Source of the DNA: Vicugna vicugna
Lineage: Eukaryota
NCBI GenBank assembly: GCA_013265495.1
Contig: MU063009.1
Location: 581,560-645,559, forward strand
Reading direction: 5' to 3'
DNA: 64,000 nucleotides
Position 1 is the stretch's first letter. Every line of letters starts with the position of its first letter. Under the pieces are notes generated by a model. It had not been told where the DNA came from and searched no databases. It worked only from the letters and a program-made list of their open reading frames with translations. The translations under genes were made by a program, and so were the position numbers. This document shows positions 1-13,891 of the stretch, piece by piece.

Positions 1-1
1 G

Positions 2-253
<252 letters not shown>

Positions 254-719
254 TAGAGGGACAGGCGGAAAGTGGCCTGTGTGATCACTGATCAGAGAGA
301 GGGGATAAAGGAAGAGGAGAGGCAGCTGAGAGCCCCCTGCTCCGCTGGCCTGTGCAGCGCAAACAAGACCCAGCCAGACGTGAGCAGTCCTGTTTCACTC
401 TCACAAAATGCAAAACTTCTGTCAAGTTATGGTCATTTACTAGAACATGTCAAACCTAATAAAGGCTTACTCGGCTGTGGGATGGTTTTCATTGTAATGG
501 AAGGGGCCGTAGAGTTCCTTGGAAGTGTCTGTCTTTCCTGAAAAAAAAAAAAAAAAAAAAAAAAATTAAAAATACCTAGGCCAACTGCCTAGCCAATTAG
601 GCTTTTTTTCACAAACACAAATGTCGGATGCGGGGAGTCATTTGGATGGCTTTGAGAGAAATGTGGACAGCTGGGCATCTTCCCCAGGGAGTGACAGTCC
701 CGTGGTTTTGCCTTTCCAG

Positions 720-855
720 GGGCCTCCACCTGGACTTTGCTCCCTCTCCATTCAGCACCCTGTACGGCGTCGCCATCAACAGCCCCGGCCTGCTCTACCC
801 CGCCGAGCTCCCGCCGCCCTACGAGGCCGTGGTGGGCCCGTCCCCTGCCAGCCAG
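720..855 (+). CDS. ENTREP2: ENTREP2 coding exon ([45 protein letters not shown])
   Basis: Acceptor ttttgcctttccag|G, donor CAG|gtgagg; in frame with both neighbours; LPPPY motif. Confidence 0.95.
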
Positions 856-1371
856 GTGAGGCCCAGCCGGACCAGCCGGCAATCTGTTCCCTGTCCCGTG
901 GCCCATGTCTGGGTCTCCCCAGGCCTTTCAGCCAGCCTGTGTGATGCTAGTCCTCTCGGCCCCGCACAGGAGAGGAGGCAGCGGACGCAGAGGGCAGAAC
1001 CTGCAGAGATTGCAACCCAGGCCCAGGATTCCAACCCCAATATCCATGCTGATTTTCCTCGGCTCCCCTCAAATGTGTCCAGGCTGGTGTGTCCGGGAAC
1101 ATAGTGCAGAAAGAGGTGGCATGGGCCCCCAAGGGTGGAGCTCCGGTCATAATCTGGGTCTGCAGGGGGCTGTTGCCTGTTTCAGCTACTCACCAAGGTT
1201 GTTATCAACCAGAGTTGTGAGAATGCTTGTCTGGATCCCTGGTCCTGTAGGAGGCCTGGCGGCTGTTACCCTCCATGGGTCTCAGGCCGTCTCTGAGCTG
1301 AGTGTGCCAGGCGCCCCGCTGCCTCAGGGAGCCTGACCCGTCACAGGCGTGCACTTTGCAAAGGTTAAGGA

Positions 1372-1440
1372 AACTTGGCCTCAGTTTCCTCATCTGTAAA
1401 ATGGAACTATAGTAGTGCCAAGCACATTGGTTGGAACAGG
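1372..1440. mobile_element. MIR fragment
   Basis: ggcctcagtttcctcatctgtaaaatgg is the MIR core. Confidence 0.6.
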
Positions 1441-4400
1441 ATAGGATTGGGCACATGGCAGGTTCTGAGTCAGCAAAAGCCACTCAGGAGGAGCGGGAGC
1501 CCGAGGAGAGGGAGAGCCTGTGGTGTGACAGCCCTGCGGGTGTCAGGGGAGGACGGCCCACAGGACAGGTGCAGAGCAGATAGGGCTCGGGGTGGGGAGC
1601 AGGCCCCACAAAGCCTGGACTCAGACCAGTGGTCAGGAAGGCAGGCATGGGCCAAGTGCTGCCCGGAGGCTGTGAAGGGCTGAGCCCCACCACCTGGCTG
1701 AGCATAGAGGGGCCAGTGGACCCATGTGCCGTGGCTGCCATGGGTCAGAGGGGCAGGATCAGACGCTCTTGAGTGGAGGAGGGGTGTGGACTGTGGGGTG
1801 TCCTGACTCCCTGCAGGGCTTGTCAGTCAAATGCAGGTGCCGGGTACACCCCGGGGGCTCCTGGTCAGGGGTCGGGGTGGGCTGCTAGGGCGGCATTGCT
1901 GCCAGAGTCCCAGCGTCTGCTGCCGCTGCTCCGGGGGCACACCTTGGGAACCCGAGTAAATCACTTGCAAGTTGCTTGGCAAAGTGGCAAGGTCGGAGGG
2001 AGCTAGAGGGGCTGTGGGAACGGTCTATGGGGTGTTACCAAGGGGAGGTACCAGGGCACGGAAGGCTGACCCAGGCGCGGACAGGCAGCTCTGCCCTGTA
2101 ACCAGCAGGGTCCCCGGCCAGGGGCCTGGAAACCCCAGGAAGCCCACGGGCTGTGTGACTCTCCTTGGCCACCTGGGAGCAGGAGGGAGTCCTGCTGCCT
2201 CCCCCTTAGCCCATTAGTCCGCCCCTCCATGTCCCTTTGGGAAGATGGAGACTGGCGTGATGGACGAGTCTGAATACCCCACCCTGTGGAGAGCCGCAGG
2301 GCTGGACATGCCTCCTCTGAGGCAGTGAGACCCCAGCAATGCTCCCGCCCCCCCCAGGCCTTCAGGGCCCCCGAGTGCTGGGAAGCGGCCACTGGTTTGG
2401 GGGTGACTATTGATGACTGCCCACACCTGCACCCAGAAGGATGCTGAGTATTTATCGCTATTTCACTCTTTTTTTCTAAGAATAGACTCTATCAGAGGAT
2501 GATAATAATGGTTCTAAGACCGATATGACACCTTTTTCCAAAAGCATCAGGAATGCTCTAGATGGAAATGTTCACAGAATTTTGGGGAGAGACCTTCTAA
2601 GAGCAAAGGCCTGTCTCACAGTAGCTTACAAGTGGCCACACGCATGTTGTCCCCAGGAGAGCGGGCCGTCTGCATGGCCCGTTTCCCTCTGGACCACCGG
2701 CAGCATCTGCGATGAGGGGCCGCTGCAGCCCTCCCCTCCCAGAGCAGCCTGCACCTCCCCGGCTGAGTCTCTGACCCCAGGCTTAGCAGCGCTTCCCAGC
2801 GCTTCCCAGTCCCTAGTGTCCGAGAGTCTAGGAAACCCATTGGCGCCCACAGAGGGACGGCTGCGCCTGCCAGCTGCCTCCTTCCCTGGGCAGCCCTCCC
2901 CTTATAGCAGGACCCCTTGTTCCTGGGTGGACGAGGAGGCTAATTTGTCCCTTGTGAGGACAGTTGGCCTGTCCGCACTTGTTTGGATACAGCGAGGAAG
3001 ATGTCCCGTAGGAAGCAAGCCCGCACTGTGTGGGTCTGTCTGGGGCAGGAGCTGCTCCTCCGGAGAATTATAATTTGGGAAGAAAAGCCCCACTTCCACT
3101 GAGCACTTTCGTTCTGACCCCCGTGGTGCGGCCACATTCAAGCTCTGCCGTTCTGGCTTGGCTTGCAACGCGTCCTCTTTCCTGTGGTTTGAGGTTTATG
3201 GCTTTGGGGCAGGATTCAGAGGAGCACATTTCCTTCTATAGCAGGAAAGTTACTGGGAATCTGCCCAGTTGATGTCCTGTGTGAGTGCCAAGACTGGGCC
3301 CTGGTCCACGGGCTGTGGAACCAGGAGATGGAGGGGAGCCCCTTCCTGTGGCCCCGGGACAGGGACAGAGGAGCTCCTCTGGGGCCTCAGAGGAAGGAGT
3401 GGGGGAGGCTCACCAGGGAGGAAGGACGGCCTGGGAGGGACAGCAGGGGACGGAGGCGCAGAGCCGGGCTGGGGGACTTGAGGGACAGGAACGATGTTCA
3501 CGGAGGTCACTTAGGTGCACATTTCGTGACTGTGGAAGTCACACTGTTGAGCTGCCTTCGAACAACTGGGTGTTTGGGGCTGACATGACCCTGTAGCACT
3601 CCAGGACTTTCAGTGACAATATGGCAGGTGGGACTAGACATTGTGAGAAAGACAGTGGATGTGACAGAGGTGTGTCCAGCCCCAAGTCCCTCAAGTTATT
3701 ATTTATATTTTCAAATGAAATAACCTTTACGTTTTAAAATCTGTAAGTGAGGTGTCTTCGAGGACTGCACCTAAAACTTTAATGCACCTTTTCCGTGATG
3801 GCTGATAACTGCCCCCCGAGATCAGCTCTTTGTAAATCTACAGCTAGCTGGTCAACCTCACCCAGGAGTGGGAAACTCATTAACAGAAATCGGGCAGAAT
3901 TTCCACGCCTGGCATCTTAGCCCCAGAGTCCCTAAAAGAAAGGGAGGTGAGAGGAACTTGGCTTATTTGCATAAATGCCAAGTGACTTTTCCATTACGAT
4001 AAGTCGTCAAAAGTGTGCATCTGGGAATAAATAAAAACAGGCATTGGAGCATCCACGTTGCCTTACACAGTGATCTCTTCCCCTCTCCTGCAGGAGCTGT
4101 GCTCTGAGGCTTTACTGCTAAACTCAGATTTCAGTGCACATCCTATGTCGCAAACAGATTGCTTCCATGGCCCTTGTGGTTAATTGGAAATGCTGTCGGA
4201 ACCGAGCAGCTCTTCCCCACAGCGTTATGGGGCAAGGTGGCTTTGAACGTCAGGGAAGACCAAGTTCAAATTAGACCTTGACACCTGGCTTGCAAGAGGT
4301 GATAGATGCCCTGCTCCCAGGAGCTGTCTTCTCTCGAAACCAAATTTGACTGGGAGCCAGAGGAAAGCCAGGGCCACTTCTGCAAAATCTGACACGAATC

Positions 4401-5759
4401 CAATTTCCTCCTGACCTGGTCCCACTGTGTATGTGATTTCTCTTGTTTTATTTATATTTTTTTTATTACCAGAAGCTTTATTTTTTTTCAGACAGCGGGT
4501 CCTGAAGTTGCCACCCACCCCTACCAAAAAAAAAGAGAAAAAAGAATCGAATAGAAGGTTAGACACAGAAAGAGAGTTATGAAAGGAAATGAACCTTAGG
4601 GGCATTGTTCCTGTTTTGTGACTTGGCGGGAGATACTTGGCAGAGATTTCCAACACAGGTTATTGTTGTGTCGTGACTACAAGGGAGGATGTGGAGTGTG
4701 AATTCTCCCCGACCCGATCCCCAATGCCCTCCCGGCAGAGAGGGGTGCAGAGTGCCGGCCAGTATTATCTGCAAGTGGAATCACAGGGAGTGTTCAGGCT
4801 GCAACACCGCCCTGGGCCCAGAGACGAGGGAGGCAGAAATACTGGAATCGGGCCTCACCTTCCCCACCTCCCTCGAGCTCATTATTTGCAAGCAATTCTG
4901 AAAAAGTGCGAGGATTCAGAAGTCACTTTCTGAGCTAGCGCAGGGGCACGTGTGTGCAGTGCTCCTCGCGGTCAGACGCTGGCCTGGGAGGCAGGGGGGC
5001 CCCGTCCCTGCCCAGAGGGGAGGCTGCTCCTTCCCCTCACAGTCCCCAGTCCTCTCCAGGCAGGACGATCGTTCCAGAAGACAGCTGCAGAAGTGTCATG
5101 ACTGTCCAACACAATGCGGGCGTCAGGGCCACCCGCTCCCCTCGACTGGCACGGAGTCAGACAGTGTGCGAGGGGCCCTGGGCAAGCTCAGCCAGGGAGG
5201 GGGCCTGGAGAGCAGCCTCTCCATCCCACGTGCAAAAGGCAGAGGGAAAGCGGTGCACAGGCCAGCTCTGGGGAGTTGAGAGCTCACTCAGACCAGGCTG
5301 TTTCTTAAATGCTCACCAGTGTCCAAACTGCTGGCCCAAAACATCACCAGTCCCATGACTGTGGGTCTCCATGGCCTCACTCTTCCCAGAGTGAAAGCAG
5401 GGAGAGAGGGAAGGTTCAGAAGGGGGGTTGGAAGTGAGGGCAGGGGCTGTCCTGCCTCCTCCAGGGACACAGGGATGCTGTGTGGCCTTCATCAGCCCCA
5501 AAAAGAGCCTGTAAGTGGAAGGCAGGGCAGGCTCTTGAGAGCCTGATAGCAGACGTCAGAGGAACGGGCTTTGGCCTCGGCAGTGGCGTCTTCAGCCTCG
5601 CATCCCTACCCTGCAGATCTGAGGGAGAAGACTGCAGTGTGAGTGTGTGTCTCAGCACTTCTAACCACAGAACAAGCTCTAGCCTTGATTTCCAGAGGCT
5701 GCTGTGATGTTCCCTCCAGACCACGGTGACCTAGCACTGCCTCCTCTCTCCTGCTGCAG

Positions 5760-5835
5760 CTCACGAGTGCAGACCAGCAGGTGACCGAGCCCAGCTCTGG
5801 GGACCCGGAGGCCACCACCGGCTTCAGCACACAAG
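5760..5835 (+). CDS. ENTREP2: ENTREP2 coding exon, 76 nt (LTSADQQVTEPSSGDPEATTGFSTQ)
   Basis: Acceptor ctcctctctcctgctgcag|, donor AAG|gtaatc; phase 0 to 1; similar to the recalled human segment. Too short for the ORF track. Confidence 0.9.
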
Positions 5836-7099
5836 GTAATCTTTTCCTTTCCAGTATTTGAAATCCTAAGTTTCTAGTTTGCAAGCCTGTCTCTCTTCCT
5901 CCTGCTATGTCTTCCCATCAGTTCTTACTCTTTATAAGGGGTGGAGTTTGCTGCAGCCTCTCCGGTGAAGCACACGTAAGTGCTTACCTGCTGCACCCAG
6001 TGAGTCAGAGCTAGGAGACCCCATGCTTCCCTGGGAGCTGTGCCCCCTCTCCCCCAGCGCCCTTTCTCTCTCACTTGCCTTGGGTATGGATTTGAAGGCA
6101 AGTACGCCTCATCTGGGGTAGACCCCTTCCGGAGCAAAATCCTAGCAGGCTCATGTCTGCTGGGCCCCTACCTCGGAGGAGGCTGGGCTGAGTAGGCGGG
6201 ACCAGGGGCTGGGATCTCTCTGCCTGTTGGTTTTAGAGGGGGAGGCCGGAGGGCCAGCCTGGAAGTTGTGTCCTGGAGGGTATCAGAGGAAAAGTGGGAG
6301 AAGTCAGGTCCCCGACGTGGGCCGGGAGCCACAGGACAGGGCTGGCGGGGGGAAGGTGGTCTGAAGTGGTGGGAAAACAGGCGACCCCTAATAGCAGAGA
6401 GAGCAGGTGGGGGGCTGGGCATTTCCAGGGAGCCTCCTTCCTGAGGTCCGCAGCCAGGCTCAGGTGGGAAGGTTTATTCAGAGACCCTGTGAGACAACTA
6501 AGGGTCCTAGAAAAGACTGTGACTGTCATGGCTCTCTGCCCCACTACCACCTCGACGTTCATTAACTTCTAAGAGAAACAGGGAGGGGCCGTCCTTCGTG
6601 AGGACACCTCTGTGTTGCAGGGTCTCTAAGGCTGGATTTGGCAGCCACCTAGCTCTTCCCTGGGTGGCTACCAGGAGCCCCTAGAAGCTGTGTCTTCTCA
6701 GAGATGGTGCCCAGTGGCCTTTCCAGAGGCAACTCCAGGGTGCAGTACATTCTAAAGTTTGGGCTGAGGGGGCCTGGCCACAGTGATTTCTTCTGATCAC
6801 TGGTTCTTGGGGAAAGTGTGGTCAGAAAGGCCTGGCAGCAGGCGGCTCCGGAGTCCATTCCTGTCTGTGGTCTCAGGGCAGGTGGAGCCAGACAAGAGGG
6901 GTTGGGGCCCTCCTCACGGCCTCACTAACCTGGGTAGTGGGCTAGGCTCGACCCGGGACTCGGGGGGCTTCCCACACCCAGATTCCTGGCCACAGGGCAA
7001 GTCCTGAGTGAGGAGAATACGGGCAGGCCAGGCAGATATTAATAGGTCATTTCTGTACAGGGTGAGGCCAAGGCCAAGGTCAATGTCAAGGTCATTTTT

Positions 7100-7860
7100 T
7101 GTCTCTGTATGTGTGATTGTTCCAGACCATTTGTTGCCTTTGTGTCTTTGTCAAAACTGAATCAAGCGTCATTGTGTGGGTCTATTTGCAGGTCCTCTGT
7201 TCTGTCCCATTGATCTGTTTCAGTCCTTCTGCCATTATCATGCTGGCTTAATTACTGTCGCTCTGTAATGAGCCTCAGCATGTGGTGCCTCCCACTTCAT
7301 CCTTGCTCAAGACTGTAGCTCCCCTGGGCCCTGGGCCTTTCTGTGTCCATTTTTTTATTTCATTATTTTTAAAGGCTGCCTTTTTATTTATTTTTATTAT
7401 TTTTATTTAAAAATTTTTTTAATGGAGGTACTGAGGATTGAACCCAAGACCTTGTGCGTGCTAAGCATGCGCTCTACCACTGAGCTGTATACCACAAGCC
7501 CCATGTCCATTTTAGAATCAGCTTGCCTATATCTACGAAATACCTTGCTAGGATCTTGATAGGAATGGCCTTAAACCTGTAGAGCAATTTAGATAGAACT
7601 GCCATCTTCCAGTGCATGAACACAGCATGCCCCTCCGTGGATTTCATGTTACCATTTTCAGAACACAGATCCTGGACATGTTTTGTTAAGTGTGTGTGTT
7701 TCGTGTTTCATTTTCTTTGGAGTCACTGTTAATGGTACTGGATTTTTCACTTGGGGTTTCTGCACGTTCCTCGTTCGTTTACGTGCCTGACTGAATCAGA
7801 TGTGGGTCACTCTCGTGCATCCTCTTGTGGCCTGCAGCCTTACTGAACTTGCTCATCAGC
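7100..7860 (-). mobile_element. Old L1 (L1M-type) ORF2 fragment, interrupted by a SINE
   Basis: Typical antisense L1 text (gtctatttgc...ttctgtcccattgatctg; ttgataggaatggccttaaacctgtagagcaattt). Confidence 0.7.
7354..7503 (-). mobile_element. tRNA-derived SINE (camelid Vic-1-like)
   Basis: Reverse A/B boxes, A-rich tail, TSD tgtccatttt at 7344-7353 and 7504-7513. Confidence 0.88.
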
Positions 7861-9313
7861 TTTAGAATTTGCGGGGGGGTGGGTGGCAGGATTCTGCTAT
7901 TATTTTTCACCTATTAAAATAACAAAATAGTAATGAGGCCGTGGATGCTAGCAAACCTCAGGGAGGCTGGACGCCTAGCCCTGACTAGCAGCTTGCAAAT
8001 CAGCCCATCTCTTTGGCAAAGGGTTTTGGCAAAAGAGCCACGGAACTACTTCTGCCTTTAGATGTGGTGATCACACTTCTGGAATCACCCTAGGGGAGTA
8101 AGCAAGCAAACAAACAAACAAATCTCCAGGCATGAAGATTAGTTGTTACATTTTTCATTTTGTCATAAAGTAGAAACTGATGGGGGTGAAGTCCGTTAAT
8201 AAAAGTTCAGGAAAACATGTTACACAGGCTAAATATATTATTACATTAATTAGGAAAAACGTTTGTGATCCGTCAGGTGAAAAACATGACTTCTGTAAAA
8301 ATGTAGGCACACAACACAGCCCAGGGGGAAGGAGGACAGAAGAGAGAGTTACCTGTTTGGGGCTGAGAGCTTCTCCCGTAATGTCCCCCTGACTGTGTGA
8401 GGTTTCTGTTAGTTACACATCTTCAGGGCTAAGTCACACTTGTCTCGCCGTGACTTCGTTTCCTCGAGGAGCTCAGCCATTGGGCTTTCACTGACATTAA
8501 GAGACTTGCGATCCAGAGTGCGTGCCTGTGTCCAGCCTCATCGACTTATGTGCATTTAATCTGTACGGGCTGTTTGTGTATCAGTTATCCCTTGATAAAG
8601 CTGTAGGAGAGAGAAAACTGGGACTGAGAAGAATCAGCAGGAGTGAGTACTATTCAAAAGGCTTGTAATGAGCTGCTGGGTAACTTTGACAAGATTCTGA
8701 TAGTGTGAATAGTGACAGTTCCCAGGTTTGCAGTTTTCTAATGACGCAGGAAAGGGTGTTTCCTTTTCTCCGTTTATACAGTGTTGAGTCCCTGCCCGAT
8801 TATTTCCGTGGAATAAATTCTGATGAGTGGAAATTGTTGAGTCCAGGGGAGTGTGTATTTTAGGTGTGGCTGTCCTGGCCACACCGTGATCTGGGAAGGT
8901 TTTGTTACGAGTCCACATACCCACCAAGAGTGTTTGTGACGCCCCGGACATTGTCATTCTTGGTGCAGATGACATGCAGGACTGATTCAGCACCTTTTTA
9001 AATGTGTATTGCTCACTTGAAGGTCTGCCTCCTTTTACAGTGGGTTTTTTATTTTTAGATTTATAAGGAAAATATTCATTAAAGGTGAGAGAAGATGTCA
9101 GAGTGACCCTTTTCCTATTGACGGCAAGTTTCCTTCCCCAGTTTGCACTTTGTTCTCAAACCCCGTGAAGGAGGCCTTAGCCGCACACAAGTTTACAATG
9201 TTTCTTGTGGTCAAACTTAACCAAGCTTTTCCTTTATGGTTTCTGTCATGTTTACAAAGTCTTTCTCCACCCCAGGGTTGTAGATTTAGTATCAGATATT
9301 TTTTTCTCTTCTT

Positions 9314-9459
9314 CTTTCGGTGGGGGGTGGAGGGTAATGCGGTTTATCTATTTTTAGAGGAGGTACTGGGGATTGAACCCATGACCTCACACGTGCTAAT
9401 AAGCACTGGCATGCTTAGCTTACCATGCGCTCTACCACTTGAGCTATACCCTACCCCCT
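9314..9459 (-). mobile_element. tRNA-derived SINE (Vic-1-like) with an internal insertion
   Basis: Reverse A/B boxes; ~16-bp TSD tatttttt(t)ctcttctt on both sides. Confidence 0.85.
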
Positions 9460-9900
9460 TATTTTTTCTCTTCTTATGGTTTCTTAGAGACGAAAAGGAT
9501 CCATTGTCTTGAAGATTTTTTTTTTTTTGCATGTGCTACATGAGGTCTGGTTCATCTTTCTGTTTTTCCAGATGGACTAATGGTGCTAATTGTCCCAAAG
9601 CATCTCTTGGGAGGGCAGCAGTAGCCAGTGGGGCAGTGGCTAAGCGAGGGTGCTCCAGGAGGGGGCTGCTTCCAACCAGGTCCCACTCAGTGGCCTGTGA
9701 CCCTCTTCCCCACCCTCTCAGCCACGTGTCCTTGGCCGTGGACTGGGGGTGACCAGGTGGACCCTGAGGACGAGGTGGGAGGTCAGCTGTAAAGCCCTGG
9801 GCACGGGACGTGTGACCAGATGAGCGGCCTTTCACAGGACCCACAGGAAGGGATGGTAGGAACAGACCCCAGAGCCCCTGGCCCTGCAGGAGTTGAGGCT

Positions 9901-9985
9901 GCTGTGGTTCTTACCAGGTGTCCCCCAGGTGGGCCACTCGCTGTGGTTCTTACCAGGTGTCCCCCAGGCCCCCGAGGGCCACTCA
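9901..9985. repeat. Two-copy tandem duplication, 39-bp period
   Basis: gctgtggttcttaccaggtgtcccccagg is identical at 9901-9929 and 9940-9968; gggccactc follows both copies. Confidence 0.9.
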
Positions 9986-10199
9986 CCTCGAGGATCTACT
10001 TCAGCCGGGGTAGGGGTTGTGAGGGGCCTCGGGGAGGGGAGCCTGGAGCCAGTCTGATGATGGGAGCAGCGCGTCTCAAGTCCGATGTGCAGGCAGGTCA
10101 CTAGGGACCTTGTTTAGAGAAATTCTCGTCCAGCCACATCCCACGTGCCACCCGTGGAGAAGTCAGGGGTAGAGCTGGGCCTGACCAGCATCCCGGGTC

Positions 10200-10352
10200 C
10201 AGAGCAGCAGTTCTCACACCTGGGGTATCAGAATCCCCTGGGGTGCTTGTTCAGACCCCGATGGCCGGGCCCACCCCTGGAGTGTAGTAGGGGTGGGGCT
10301 GAGGACGTGCAGCTCCGCACACTCCCAGGTGATGCAGGTGCTCTGAGGACCA
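10200..10352. mobile_element. MER5A-like hAT-Charlie relic
   Basis: cagttctcacacctgg...atcagaatcccctggggtgcttgtt...ctcccaggtgatgc resembles MER5A. Confidence 0.7.
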
Positions 10353-10894
10353 GGCTGGCATCTCCAGGGCTGGGCTACATCCCACTGCCTGACCCAGGGA
10401 GGGGCTGCACTCTGGGTCCTGACTGCAACCCCTGTGTGGGGTGGGCAAGGTCTTGGGTTGCTGGGGTGCCCTAGAGCCCCTCGGAGCCCCCACCTCTCTC
10501 CGCCTGGCCCGGCTTATCAGGCATCCTGTGACCCCCACCTTCCTGTGCATCACCCCCCCGGGGATGCCCTGGATGGAAGATGCGGCTGGTTTCTCAAAGA
10601 TACGACTTTGACTCTCTTGTGGAGACCTGTACCCAACCTGAAATGATTCTTGGGGGCTCATCTGGTCCCTCCATCCTTTCTACACACCATGCTGTCAGTC
10701 TGTTCAGGTTTCTCATACCTTCAAGATTACAGGGTTTGTCTGTGTCTAGATGTGGAGTTTCGAGGGTGGGCTGCTCATACCCCTCAGGAGGACTCAGGTG
10801 GCTGCACTTTGTACCCTCCACTCCAATGGGCACACGGGCGGGTGCTGTCCTTTGTGGGGGTGGTGACCGAGTGGTCGCCCAGCACCAGCGCTAA

Positions 10895-11311
<417 letters not shown>

Positions 11312-12592
11312 TGATGAGAGCTATGGGGTCAGCCAGCCCTGATGCTGGCCCTAGGGCAGGTCTGGGGACCACAGCCGGCATCTGTCAGTCAGCCTTAGTG
11401 GCTCCCCTTGCAGGCCTAGCCTGGGTACAGACGTGTGGGAGGTGCCCGGGTCTGCTTAGAGTTCTGCTGGGACCCAGGGCCATGTAAGGCGTGGCTGCAT
11501 CACAGTGACAGTGGTGGGTGGGTGTTCTCTGGCCGATACTGCCCCAGGCGGACACGGGTGTGTCCAGCAGCACTTCGGGGGCAGCCTTGGCTGCACTCTG
11601 GGTGTGGCCTGGAGCTGCCTTGGAATTGCCCCACGTAACTGTTAGAGTGGGCAATGTCTTCCCTGGGTGGGGACACTCGGCCCCAGAGTCCTGGGTCCAG
11701 GAATGTGCACCTCATACCATCCCCCCAAAGGGTCTTGTGCATCTTGGAGTTGGAGGCCCCACCTCCTCCTGGTTGCTGTTTTTGAGGGAGAGGATGGGTG
11801 GGTTTGTGCTGGTAAAGGTCGGTGAGCCTTTGACAGTGGTGCCAGTGCCGTGGGGACTTCTTCATAAAGCGGAAGTGAAAGAGCCCTGAAGCGGCCCCGC
11901 GGTGCCTGGACAGGTCCAAAGTCTTGTCCAGCTGGACCCCAAATAGATTAGACCCTGTCTGTGCCCTGGGAGAATTGTATCCTTGGAGGGAGCCAGGAAC
12001 CTACCGAGGCAGCTGGTGGAGATGCAGGGCTCTGCATCTGTGGCTCCTTGGCTGGTGTCCCTCTGTCCCTGTCCCGCACCCACCTGCCAGCTTACCCAGA
12101 CACGCCTCACCAGAATCTTCGCCTGAAGATGCCGCTGCCGGGGTACCACAGGTCAGCCCTCGCAGGGCTGACGCTCTGCCAGCGGGCCCCGATGGCTTTC
12201 TCTGGCCTGACCCCTTCAGTGAGATTCATGTGCTGCAAGCCGTGAGCTTTTAGGGATGGATTTGAAGAGAATTGCGTGAGACAGTTTCTGTTTCACATGT
12301 CAGAAGAACGTGCCTCCTGGGGTCCCAGACCCCTGGATGCACGTTCATTCCCCGGATGCAGATAGGGATTCAGATGCGGGGCCCGAGGTTTGTTGGTGGT
12401 GCTGCCCTGTGCCGGGCCCGCGCTGAGGTCCCTGCTGGGTGCCAGCTGGGCTTGGGCTTGCTTACGTTCAGGAGTTTTCCACTTGCTGGTCTCGCATCTC
12501 CATCTACTTCTGAGCCGCAGGAGGGTTACTCCGGGGCTATCAGGGGTTCCTCCTCCCATCCCTGTGTTAACTGATTTCTCTTTCTGCTCAAG

Positions 12593-12667
12593 GCGATGCC
12601 TCGGCGCACACCCCCTCCCACTGCCAGGACCTGGAGGCGGGCCTGTCCCGGGCTGCCCTGGGGACTG
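12593..12667 (+). CDS. ENTREP2: ENTREP2 coding exon, 75 nt (GDASAHTPSHCQDLEAGLSRAALGT)
   Basis: Acceptor tttctctttctgctcaag|, donor CTG|gtgaga; phase 1 to 1; QDLEAGLS block. Confidence 0.9.
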
Positions 12668-13018
12668 GTGAGACACTCCTTTTCTGAAACCCTTTGATAA
12701 CCATGGTGCCAGGGTAGAGGGGGTGACTAGTGGTCCTCGGCTGCCTGGGTCTCCATCCAGCCCCTCACAGCACCCCGCCACTGCCCCAGGCACGTGGACA
12801 CTCTGGCCTGCCTGCCTTCTCTGCGGGATGTGTCATGGTACAAGTCATTTAACGCCCATGTGGCTGCTTGTTTCACTGTATTTCTGAGATTCTGTGTTCA
12901 GGGTAGGGGGCTCCCCTGTTGAGTTTGCAGTTTCTCATGCTTAATGGCCAATCTTGCTCGCTGCCGCCCTAAACCCCCAGACCACCCAGACGGAATGTGT
13001 TTCCTCGGTGTGACTTGA

Positions 13019-13891
<873 letters not shown>

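Noticed and set aside
751-771. RE1-like TTCAGCACC in an ENTREP2 exon
   Set aside because: The right half reads GTACGG instead of GGACAG, and the sequence is explained by coding constraint.
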